A DNA stretch of 64,000 bases from Eledone cirrhosa. Its lineage: Eukaryota. Positions 52,301 to 64,000 of this stretch are shown here, one piece after another (within the stretch, counting starts at the first letter, position 1; each line of letters opens with the position of its first letter). Made by a program: the position numbers and the translations under genes. The notes under the pieces are model-generated. The model was not told the DNA's origin. It made no database searches and was given only the letters and a program-made list of their open reading frames with translations. The stretch spans positions 247,194,001 to 247,258,000 of the forward strand of contig OZ024741.1 of NCBI GenBank assembly GCA_964016885.1. The letters are read 5' to 3'.

Positions 52301-55300
52301 GATATTATCTCCCCTTGGACGGCTGGAAATTATCTCCCCTTGGACGGCTGAAAATTATCTCCCCTTGATTTTTTTTACAAATTATCTCCCCCTGATTTTT
52401 TTTTACAAATTATCTCCCCCTGATTTTTGTTTACAAATTATCTCCGCCTGATTTTTTAAAAAAATTATCTCCCCTTGGACGGCTGGAAATTATCTCCCCT
52501 TGGACGGATAGAAATTACCTCTCCTTGGACGGCTGAAAATTATCTCCCCTTTGACGGCTGGAAATTATCTCCCCTTGATTTTTTTACAAATTATCTCCCC
52601 CTGATTTTTTTTTTACAAATTATCTCCCCCTGATTTTTTTTTACAAATTATCTACCCCTGATTTTTTTTTACAAATTATCTCCCCCTGATTTTTTTTTAC
52701 AAATTATCTCCCCCTGATTTTTTTTTACAAATTATCTCCCCCTGATTTTTTTACAAATTATCTCCCCCTGATTTTTTTTACAAATTATCTCCGCCTGATT
52801 TTTTTAAATATTATCTCTCCTTGGCTGGCGGGAAATTATCTCCCCTTGGACGGCTGGAAATTATCTCCCCTTGGAAGGATGGAAATTATCTCCCCTTGGA
52901 CGGCTGGAAATTATCTACCCCTGATTTTTTTTACAAATTATCTCCCCCTGATTTTTTTTACAAATTATCTCCCCCTGATTTTTTTTACAAATTATCTACC
53001 CCTGATTTTTTTTACAAATTATCTCCCCCTGATTTTTTTTACAAATTATCTCCCCCTGATTTTTTTTTTACAAATTATCTCACCCTGATTTTTTTACAAA
53101 TTATCTCCCCCTGATTTTTTTTACAAATTATCTCCGCCTGATTTTTTTAAATATTATCTTCCCTTGGCTGGCGGGAAATTATCTCCCCTTGAAGGGCTGA
53201 AAATTATCTCCCCTTGGACGGCTGGAAATTATCTCCCCTTGATTTTTTTTACAAATTATCTCCCCCTGATTTTTTTTTACAAATTATCTCCCCCTGATTT
53301 TTTTTACAAATTATCTCCCCCTGATTTTTTTTTACAAATTATCTGCCGCTGATTTTTTTTACAAATTATCTCCCCCTGATTTTTTTACAAATTATCTCCC
53401 CTTGGCTGGCTGGAAATTACCTCCCCTTGGAGGCTGGAATTTATCTCCCCTTGGACGGCTAGAAATTACCTCTCCTTGGACGGCTGGAAAATATGTCTCC
53501 TTGGACGGCTGGATATTATCTCCCCTTGGACGGCTGGAAATTATCTCCCCTTGGACGGCTGGAAATTATCTCCCCTTGGACGGATAGATATTACCTCCCC
53601 TTGGACGGCTGGAAATTATCTCCCCTTGGACGGCTGGAAATTATCTCCCCATGGACGGCTGGAAATTATCTCCCCTTGGACGGCTAGAAATTATCTCTCC
53701 TTGGACGGCTGAAAATTATCTCCCCTTGGACGGCTGGAAATTATCTCCCGTTGGACGGCTGGAAATTATCTCGCCTTGGACGGCTAGAATTTACCTCTCC
53801 TTGGACGGCTGAAAATTATCTCCCCTTGGACGGCTGGAAATTATCTCCCCTTGATTTTTTTTACAAATTATCTCCCCCTGATTTTTTTTTACAAATTATC
53901 TCCCCCTGATTTTTTTTTACAAATTATCTCCCCCTGATTTTTTTTTACAAATTATCTCCCCCTGATTTTTTTTACAAATTATCTCCCCCCTGATTTTTTA
54001 ACAAATTATCTCCCCTTGGCTGGCTGGAAATTATCTCCCCTTGGAGGCTGGAACTTATCTCCCCTTGGACGGCTAGAAATTACCTCTCCTTTGACGGCTG
54101 GAAAATATGTCTCCTTGGACGGCTGGATATTATCTCCCCTTGGACGGCTGGAAATTATCTCCCCTTGGACGGCTGGAAATTATCTCCCCTTGGATGGCTA
54201 GATATTACCTCCCCTTGGACGGCTGGAAATTATCTCCCTTTGATTTTTTTTACAAATTATCTCCCCCTGATTTTTTTTTACAAATTATCTCCCCCTGATT
54301 TTTTTTTACAAATTATCTCCCCCTGATTTTTGTTTACAAATTATCTCCGCCTGATTTTTTTTTAAAAATTATCTCCCCTTGGACGGCTGGAAATTATCTC
54401 CCCTTGGACGGCTAGAAATTACCTCTCCTTGGACGGCTGAAAATTATCTCCCCTTGGACGGCTGGAAATTATCTCCCCTTGATTTTTTTACAAATTATCT
54501 CCCCCTGATTTTTTTTTTACAAATTATCTACCCCTGATTTTTTTTTACAAATTATCTCCCCCTGATTTTTTTTACAAATTATCTCCCCCTGATTTTTTTT
54601 TACAAATTATCTCCCCCTGATTTTTTTACAAATTATCTCCCCCTGATTTTTTTTACAAATTATCTCCGCCTGATTTTTTTAAATATTATCTCTCCTTGGC
54701 TGGCGGGAAATTATCTCCCCTTGGACGGCTGGAAATTATCTCCCCTTGGAAGGATGGAAATTATCTCCCCTTGGACGGCTAGAAATTATCTCTCTTTGGA
54801 CGGCTGGAAATTATCACCCCTTGAGTTTTTTACAAATTATCTCCCCCTGATTTTTTTTACAAATCTCCCAGTGATTTTTTAAAAAAAATTATCTCCCCTT
54901 CGCTGGCTGGAAATTATCTCCCCTTGGACGCTGGAAATTATAGCACCTTGGAGGGCTTGAAATTATCTTCCCTTGGACGGCTGGAAATTATCTCCCCTTG
55001 ATTTTTTTTACAAATTATCTCCCCCTGATTTTTTTTTACAAATTATCTCCCCCTGATTTTTTTTTACAACTTATCTGCGCCTGATTTTTTTAAAAAAATT
55101 ATCTCCCCTTGGACGGCTGGAAATTATCTCCCCTTGGACGGCTGGAAATTATCTCTCCTTGGACGGCTAGAATTTACCTCTCCTTGGACGGCTGAAAATT
55201 ATCTCCCCTTGGACGGCTGGAAATTATCTCCCCTTGATTTTTTTTACAAATTATCTCCCCCGGATTTTTTTTTACGAATTATCTCCCCCTGATTTTTTTT

Positions 55301-58300
55301 TACAAATTATCTCCCCCTGATTTTTTTTTACAAATTATCTCCCCCTGATTTTTTTACAAATTATCTCCCCTTGGCTGGCTGGAAATTATCTCCCCTAGGA
55401 GGCTGGAACTTATCTCCCCTTGGACGGCTAGAAATTACCTCTCTTTGGACGGCTGGAAAATATGTCTCCTTGGACGGCTGGATATTATCTCCCCTTGGAC
55501 GGCTGGAAATTATCTCCCCTTGGACGGCTGGAAATTATCTCCCCTTGGATGGCTAGATATTACCTCCCCTTGGACGGCTGGAAATTATCTCCCCTTGATT
55601 TTTTTTACAAATTATCTCCCCCTGATTTTTTTTTACAAATTATCTCCCCCGATTTTTTTTTACAAATTATCTCCCCCTGATTTTTTTTTACAAATTATCT
55701 CCCCCTGATTTTTGTTTACAAATTATCTCCCCGTGGACGGCTGGAAATTATCTCCCCTTGGACGGCTAGAAATTACCTCTCCTTGGACGGCTGAAAATTA
55801 TCCTCCCTTGGACGGCTGGAAATTATCTCCCCTTGATTTTTTTACAAATTATCTCCCCCTGATTTTTTTTTTACAAATTATCTCACCCTGATTTTTTTTA
55901 CAAATTATCTACCCCTGATTTTTTTTTACAAATTATCTCCCCCTGATTTTTTTTACAAATTATCTCCCACTGATTTTTTTTTTACAAATTATCTCCCCCT
56001 GATTTTTTTACAAATTATCTCCCCCTGATTTTTTTTACAAATTATATCCGCCTGATTTTTTTAAATATTATCTCTCCTTGGCTGGCGGGAAATTATCTCC
56101 CCTTGGACGGCTGGAAATTATCTCCCCTTGGAAGGATGGAAATTATCTCCCCTTGGACGGCTGGAAATTATCTACCCCTGATTTTTTTTACAAATTATCT
56201 CCCCCTGATTTTTTTTACAAATTATCTCCCCCTGATTTTTTTTTTACAAATTATCTCCCCCTGATTTTTTTACAAATTATCTCCCCCTGATTTTTTTTAC
56301 AAATTATCTCCGCCTGATTTTTTAAAATATTATCTTACCTTGGCTGGCGGGAAATTATCTCCCCTTGGACGGCTGAAAATTATCTCCCCTTGGACGGCTG
56401 GAAATTATCTCGCCTTGATTTTTTTTACAAATTATCTCCCCCTGATTTTTTTTTACAAATTATCTCCCCCTGATTTTTTTTACAAATTATCTCCCCCCTG
56501 ATTTTTTTACAAATTATCTCCCCTTGGCTGGCTGGAAATTATCTCCCCTTGGAGGCTGGAACTTATCTCCCCTTGGACGGCTAGAAATTACCTCTCCTTG
56601 GACGGCTGGAAAATATGTCTCCTTGGACGGCTGGATATTATCTCCCCTTGGACGGCTGGAAATTATCTCCCCTTGGACGGCTGGAAATTATCTCCCCTTG
56701 GATGGCTAGATATTACCTCCCCTTGGACGGCTGGAAATTATCTCCCTTTGATTTTTTTTACAAATTATCTCCCCCTGATTTTTTTTTACAAATTATCTCC
56801 CCCTGATTTTTTTTTACAAATTATCTCCCCCTGATTTTTGTTTACAAATTATCTCCGCCTGATTTTTTTTAAAAAATTATCTCCCCTTGGACGGCTGGAA
56901 ATTATCTCCCCTTGGACGGCTGGAAATTATCTCCCTTTGATTTTTTTTACAAATTATCTCCCCCTGATTTTTTTTTACAAATTATCTCCCCCGATTTTTT
57001 TTTACAAATTATCTCCCCCTGATTTTTTTTTACAAATTATCTCCCCCTGATTTTTGTTTACAAATTATCTCCCCGTGGACGGCTGGAAATTATCTCCCCT
57101 TGGACGGCTAGAAATTACCTCTCCTTGGACGGCTGAAAATTATCCTCCCTTGGACGGCTGGAAATTATCTCCCCTTGATTTTTTTACAAATTATCTCCCC
57201 CTGATTTTTTTTTTACAAATTATCTCCCCCTGATTTTTTTTTACAAATTATCTACCCCTGATTTTTTTTTGCAAATTATCTCCCCCTGATTTTTTTTACA
57301 AATTATCTCCCCCTGATTTTTTTTTACAAATTATCTCCCCCTGATTTTTTTACAAATTATCTCCCCCTGATTTTTTTTACAAATTATCTCCGCCTGATTT
57401 TTTTAAATATTATCTCTCCTTGGCTGGCGGGAAATTATCTCCCCTTGGACGGCTGGAAATTATCTCCCCTTGGAAGGATGGAAATTATCTCCCCTTGGAC
57501 GGCTAGAAATTATCTCTCTTTGGACGGCTGGAAATTATCACCCCTTGAGTTTTTTACAAATTATCTCCCCCTGATTTTTTTTACAAATCTCCCAGTGATT
57601 TTTTAAAAAAAATTATCTCCCCTTCGCTGGCTGGAAATTATCTCCCCTTGGACGCTGGAAATTATAGCACCTTGGAGGGCTGGAAATTATCTTCCCTTGG
57701 ACGGCTGGAAATTATCTCCCCTTGATTTTTTTTAAAAATTATCTCCTCCTGATTTTTTTTTACAAATTATCTCCCCCTGATTTTTTTTTACAACTTATCT
57801 GCGCCTGATTTTTTTAAAAAAATTATCTCCCCTTGGACGGCTGGAAATTATCTCCCCTTGGACGGCTGGAAATTATCTCTCCTTGGACGGCTAGAATTTA
57901 CCTCTCCTTGGACGGCTGAAAATTATCTCCCCTTGGACGGCTGGAAATTATCTCCCCTTGATTTTTTTTACAAATTATCTCCCCCTGATTTTTTTTTACA
58001 AATTATCTCCCCCTGATTTTTTTTACAAATTATCTCCCCCTGATTTTTTTTTACAAATTATCACCCCCTGATTTTTTTTTACAAATTATCTCCCCCGGAT
58101 TTTTTTACAAATTATCTCCCCTTGGCTGGCTGGAAATTATCTCCCCTTGGACACTGGAAATTATAGCCCCTTGGAGGGCTGGAAATTATCTTCCCTTGGA
58201 CGGCTGGAAATTATCTCCCCTTGATTTTTTTTACAAATTATCTCCCCCTGATTTTTTTTTACAAATTATCTCCCCCTGATTTTTTTTTACAAATTATCAC

Positions 58301-61300
58301 CCCCTGATTTTTTTTTACAAATTATCTCCCCCGGATTTTTTTACAAATTATCTCCCCTTGGCTGGCTGGAAATTATCTCCCCTTGGAGGCTGGAACTTAT
58401 GTCCCCTTGGACGGCTAGAAATTACCTCTCCTTGGACGGCTGGAAAATATGTCTCCTTGGACGGCTGGATATTATCTCCCCTTGGACGGCTGGAAATTAT
58501 CTCCCCTTGGACGGCTGGAAATTATCTCCCCTTGATTTTTTTACAAATTATCTCCCCCTGATTTTTTTTTTACAAATTATCTACCCCTGATTTTTTTTTT
58601 ACAAATTATCTCCCCCTGATTTTTTTACAAATTATCTCCCCCTAATTTTTTTTACAAATTATCTCCGCCTGATTTTTTTAAATATTATCTCTCCTTGGCT
58701 GGCGGGAAATTATCTCCCCTTGGACGGCTGGAAATTATCTCCCCTTGGAAGGATGGAAATTATCTCCCCTTGGACGGCTGGAAATTATCTACCCCTGATT
58801 TTTTTTACAAATTATCTCCCCCTGATTTTTTTTACAAATTATCTCCCCCTGATTTTTTTTTTACAAATTATCTACCCCTGATTTTTTTTACAAATTATCT
58901 CCCCCTGATTTTTTTACAAATTGTCTCCCCCTGATTTTTTTTACAAATTATCTCCCCCTGATTGTTTTACAAATTATCTCCCCCTGATTTTTTTTACAAA
59001 TTATCTCCGCCTGATTTTTTTAAATATTATCTTCCCTTGGCTGGCGGGAAATTATCTCCCCTTGGAAGGATGGAAATTATCTCCCCTTGGACGGCTGGAA
59101 ATTATCTCCCCTTGCACTGCTGGAAATTATCTCCCCTTGGACGACTGGAAATTATCTGCCCTTGATTTTGTTTTTACAAATTATCTTCCCCTCATTTTTT
59201 TTACAAATTATCTCCACCTGATTTTTTAAAAAATTATCTCCCCTTGGACGGCTGGAAATTATCTCCCCTTGGCTGGAAATTATCTCCCCTTGGACGGCTA
59301 GAAATTATCTCTCTTTGGACGGCTGGAAATTATCTCCCCTTGATTTTTTTTACAAATTATCTCCCCCTGATTTTTTTTACAAATCTCCCAGTGATTTTTA
59401 AAAAAAAATTATCTTCCTTTCGCTGGTTGGAAATTATCTCCCCTTGGACGCTGGAAATTATAGCCCCTTGGAGGGCTGGAAATTATCTTCCCTTGGACGG
59501 CTGGAAATTATCTCCCCTTGATTTTTTTACATTTTATCTCCCCCTGATTTTTTTTTACAAATTATCTCCCCGATTTTTTTTTACAAATTATCTCCGCCTG
59601 ATTTTTTTAAAAAAATTATCTTCCCTTGGACGGCTGGAAATTATCTCCCCTTGGACGGCTGGAAATTATCTCGCCTTGGACGGCTAGAAATTACCTCTCC
59701 TTGGACGGCTGAAAATTATCTCCCCTTGGACGCTGGAAATTATAGCCCCTTGGAGGGCTGGAAATTATGTCCCCTTGATTTTTTTTACAAATTATCTCCC
59801 CCTGATTTTTTTTTACAAATTATCTCCCCCTGATTTTTTTTTTACAAATTATCTCCCCCTGATTTTTTTTTACAAATTATCTCCCCCTGATTTTTTTACA
59901 AATTATCTCCCCTTGGCTGGCTGTAAATTATCTCCCCTTGGAGGCTGGAATTTATCTCCCCTTGGACGGCTGGAAATAATCTCCCCTTGGACGGCTAGAA
60001 ATTACCTCTCCTTGGACGGCTGGAAATTATCTCCCCTTGAACGGCTGGAAATTATCTCCCCTTGGACGGCTGGAAATTATCTCCCCTTGGACGGCTGGAA
60101 ATTATCTCCCCTTGGACGGCTAGAAATTACCTCTCCTTGGACGGCTGGAAATTATCTCCACTTGGACGGCTGGAAATTATCTCCCCTTCGCTGGCTGGAA
60201 ATCATCTCCCTTTGGACGGCTGGAAATTATAGCTGCTTGTAGGGCTGGAAATTATCTCCCCTTGGACGGCTGGAAATTATCTCCCCTTGATTTATTTTAC
60301 TAATTATCTCCCCCTGATTTTTTTTACAAATTATCTCCGCCTGATTTTTTTTTTAAAATTATCTCCCCTTGGCTGGATGGAAATTATCTCCCCTTGGACG
60401 GCTGGAAATTATCTCCCCTTGGAGCCTAGAAATTACCTCTCCTTGGACAGCTGTAAATTATCTCCCCTTGGACGGCTGGAAATTATCTCGCCTTGGACGG
60501 CTGGAAATTATCTCCCCTTGATTTTGTATACAAATTATCTCCCCCTGATTTTTTTTTACAAATTATCTGCCCCTGATTATATTTTTACAAATTAGCTCCG
60601 CCTGATTTTTTTAAAAAATTATCTCCCCTTGGACGGCTGGAAATTATCTCCCCTTGGACGGCTGGAAATTATCTCCCCTTGAACGGCTAGAAATTACCTC
60701 TCCTTGGAGGGCTGGAAATTATCATCCCTTGGACGGCTGGAAATTATCTCCCCTTGATTTTTTTTACAAATTATCTCCCCTTGGACGGCTGGAAATTATC
60801 TCCCCTTGGACGGCTGGAAATTATCTCCCCTTGGACGGCTAGAAATTACCTCTCCTTGGACGGCTGAAAATTATCTCCCCTTGGACGGCTGGAAATTATC
60901 TCCCCTTGATTTTTTTTTACAAATTATCTCCCCCTGATTTTTTTTACAAATTATCTACCCCTGATTTTTTTTACAAATTATCTCCCCCTGATTTTTTTTA
61001 CAAATTATCTCCCCCTGATTTTTTTTACAAATTATCTCCACCTGATTTTTTTTTACAAATTATCTCCCCCTGATTTTTTTACAAATTATCTCCCCCTGTT
61101 TTTTTTACAAATTATCTCCGCCTGATTTTTTTAAATATTATCTTCCCTTGGCTGGCGGGAAATTATCTCCCCTTGGACGGCTGAAAATTATCTCCCCTTG
61201 GACGGCTGGAAATTATCTCCCCTTGATTTTTTTTACAAATTAACTCCCCCTGATTTTTTCTTACAAATTATCTCCCCCTGATTTTTTTACAAATTATCTC

Positions 61301-64000
61301 CCCCTGATTTTTTTTTACAAATTGTCTCCCCCTGATTTTTTTTACAAATTATCTCCCTCTGATTTTTTTACAAATTATCTCCCCTTGGCTGGCTGGAAAT
61401 TATCTCCCCTTGGACGGCTAGAAATTACCTCTCCTTGGACGGCTGGAAAATATGTCTCCTTGGACGGCTGGATATTATCTCCCCTTGGACGGCTGGAAAT
61501 TATCTCCCCTTGGACGGCTGGAAATTATCTCCCGTTGATTTTTTTACAAATTATCTCCCCCTGATTTATTTTACAAATCTCCCAATTTTAAAAAAAAAAT
61601 TATCTCCCCTTCGCTGGCTGGAAATTATCTCCCCTTGGACGCTGGAAATTATAGCCCCTTGGAGGGCTGGAAATTATCTTCCCTTGGACGGCTGGAAATT
61701 ATCTCCCCTTGATTTTTTTTACAAATTATCTCCCCCTGATTTTTTTTACAAATTATCTCCCCCTGATTTTTTTTACAAATTATCTACCCCTGATTTTTTT
61801 TACAAATTATCTCCCCCTGATTTTTTTTTACAAATTATCTCCCCCTGATTTTTTTTTACAAATTATCTCCCCCTGATTTTTTTACAAATTATCTCCCCCT
61901 GATTTTTTTTACAATCTCCGCCTGATTTTTTTAAAAATTATCTTCCCTTGGCTGGCTGGAAATTATCTCCCCTTGGACACTGGAAATTATAGCCCCTTGG
62001 AGGGCTGGAAATTATCTTCCCTTGGACGGCTGGAAATTATCTCCCCTTGATTTTTTTTACAAATTATCTCCGCCTGATTTTTTTTTACAAATTATCTCCC
62101 CCTGATTTTTTTTTACACATTATCTACCCCTGATTTTTTTTTACAAATTATCTCCCCCTGATTTTTTTTACAAATTATCTCCCCCTGATTTTTCTTTTAC
62201 AAATTATCTCCCCCTGATTTTTTTACAAATTATCTCCCCCTGATTTTTTTTACAAATTATCTCCGCCTGATTTTTTTAAATATTATCTTCCCTTGGCTGG
62301 CGGGAAATTATCTCCCCTTGGACGGCTGGAAATTATCTGCCCTTGATTTTCTTTTTACAAATTATCTTCCACTGATTTTTTTTACAAATAATCTCCACCT
62401 GATTTTTTAAAAAATTATCTCCCCTTGGAAGGCTGGAAATTATCTCCCCTTGGACGGCTGGAAATTATCTCCCCTTGGACGGCTAGAAATTATCTCTCCT
62501 TGGACGGCTGAAAATTATCTCCCCTTGGACGGCTGCAAATTATCTCCCCTTGATTTTTTTTACAAATTTTCTCCCCCTGATTTTTTTTACAAATTATCTC
62601 CCCCTGATTTTTTTACAAATTATCTCCCCCTGATTTTTTTTTACAAATTATCTCCCCCTGATTTTTTTTTACAAATTATCTCCCCCTGATTTTTTTTTTA
62701 CAAATTATCTCCCCCTGATTTTTTTACAAATTATCTCCCCCTGATTTTTTTTACAATCTCCGCCTGATTTTTTTAAAAATTATCTTCCCTTGGCTGGCGG
62801 GAAATTATCTCCCCTTGGACGGCTGGAAATTATCTCCCCTTGGAAGGATGGAAATTATCTCCCCTCGGACGGCTGGAAATTATCTCCCCTTGCACGGCTG
62901 GAAATTATCTCCCCTTGGCTGGAAATTATCTCCCCTTGGACGGCTAGAAATTATCTCTCTTTGGACGGCTGCAAATTATCTCCCTTTGATTTTTTTTACA
63001 AATTATCTCCCTCTGATTTTTTTTACAAATCTCCCCCTGATTTTTTTAAAAAAATTATCTCCCCTTCGCTGGCTGGAAATTATCTTCCCTTGGACGGCTG
63101 GAAATTATCTCCCCTTGATTTTTTTTACAAATTATCTCCGCCTGATTTTTTTTAAAAATTATCTCTCCTTGGACGGCTGGAAATTATCTCCCCTTGATTT
63201 TTTTACAAATTATCTCCCCCTGATTTTTTTTTACAAATTATCTCCCCCTGATTTTTTTTTACAAATTATCTACCCCTGATTTTTTTTTACAAATTATCTC
63301 CCCCTGATTTTTTTTTACAAATTATCTACCCCTGATTTTTTTTACAAATTATCTCCCCCTGATTTTTTTTACAAATTATCTCCCCCTGATTTTTTTTTTA
63401 CAAATTATCTCCCCCTGATTTTTTTTACAAATTATCTCCCCCTGATTTTTTTTACAAATTATCTCCGCCGGATTTTTTTAAATATTATCTTCCCTTGGCT
63501 GGCGGGAAATTATCTCCCCTTGGACGGCTGAAAATTATCTCCCCTTGGACGGCTGGAAATTATCTCCCCTTGATTTTTTTTACAAATTATCTCCCCCTGA
63601 TTTTTTTTTACAAATTATCTCCCCCTGATTTTTTTTACAAATTATCTCCCCCTGATTTTTTTTTACAAATTATCTCCCCCTGATTTTTTTTACAAATTAT
63701 CTCCCCCTGATTTTTTTACAAATTATCTCCCCCTGATTTTTTTTACAAATTATCTCCGCCTGATTTTTTTAAATATTATCTTCCCTTGGCTGGCGGGAAA
63801 TTATCTCCCCTTGGACGGCTGGAAATTATCTACCCTTGATTTTCTTTTTACAAATTATCTTCCACTGATTTTTTTTACAAATTATCTCCACCTGATTTTT
63901 TAAAAAATTATCTCCCCTTGGAAGGCTGGAAATTATCTCCCCTTGGCTGGAAATTATCTCCCCTTGGACGGCTAGAAATTATCTCTCTTTGGACGGCTGG

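Larger units (their letters stand above)
1..64000. repeat. Composite two-monomer satellite DNA array (25-bp type A plus 26-29-bp type B), single orientation, running off both window ends
   Basis: The core AAATTATCTCCCC(T/C)TG or a 1-3 nt variant recurs every ~24-29 bp from first to last line. I saw no unique sequence and no inverted copy (GGGGAGATAATTT) on the + strand. Confidence 0.99.
29600..64000. repeat. Right domain with a ~13.7-13.8-kb higher-order repeat, about 2.5 copies
   Basis: Markers AGCTGCTTGT at 32733/46401/60231 and CAGCTG at 32950/46618/60448 (offsets 13,668 and 13,830). ORF triplets 30860/44528/58358, 33156/46824/60654 and 35292/48909/62790. Confidence 0.95.

Noticed and set aside
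430-63683. About 200 short + strand ORFs (WKLSPLGRLEIISPWTAGNYLPLDG and FFTNYLPLI / YKLSPPDFF repeats)
   Set aside because: Monomer A has no stop codon in any + frame and 27-bp B has one only in a single frame, so ORFs arise automatically. They overlap in different frames, mostly start at TTG, and shift frame with T-tract length. The minus strand is closed by TAA in AGATAATTT. There is no evidence of coding.
1-64000. CRISPR-like constant repeat plus variable spacer
   Set aside because: The intervening segments are only 9-13 bp and of two recurring types rather than unique spacers. There is no leader, palindromic repeat or cas gene.
1-64000. Telomerase-synthesised repeat (25-bp units exist in budding yeasts)
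   Set aside because: Two monomer types, inherited point variants and multi-kb HORs indicate recombinational amplification rather than templated addition. I recognise no telomeric motif. A subtelomeric location is not excluded.
1-64000. Plasmid or viral iteron array, or phase-variable / antigenic-variation cassette system
   Set aside because: There is no rep, recombinase or expressed locus, and no unique sequence in 64 kb. The scale and HOR structure fit satellite DNA.
1-64000. Pure sequencing or assembly artefact (concatemer)
   Set aside because: Hierarchically shared variants and copy-private indels are what an evolving array produces. Exact HOR copy number and order could still be misassembled and need read support.

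Overview
The whole 64-kb window is one uninterrupted, head-to-tail satellite DNA array of roughly 2,400-2,500 monomers (64,000 / ~26 bp). I see no genes, RNA genes, transposon bodies, CRISPR spacers or unique sequence. Two monomer types share the core AAATTATCTCCCC(T/C)TG. Type A is AAATTATCTCCCCTTGGACGGCTGG (25 bp, e.g. 442-466). Type B is AAATTATCTCCCCCTGA(T7-10)AC (26-29 bp, e.g. 364-390). They alternate in blocks with stereotyped junction variants. The blocks form nested higher-order repeats (HORs) whose period changes along the window: about 3.7-3.8 kb (1-7 kb), about 6.3/12.64 kb (7.6-31 kb) and about 13.7-13.8 kb (29.6-64 kb), with internal 1,663-bp and 1,256-bp duplications. All listed ORFs are incidental translations of the repeat. 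The organisation looks like eukaryotic heterochromatic satellite (centromeric, pericentromeric or subtelomeric), but organism and function cannot be determined from this window. The real interest is the array architecture and its readable history, not a coding system.
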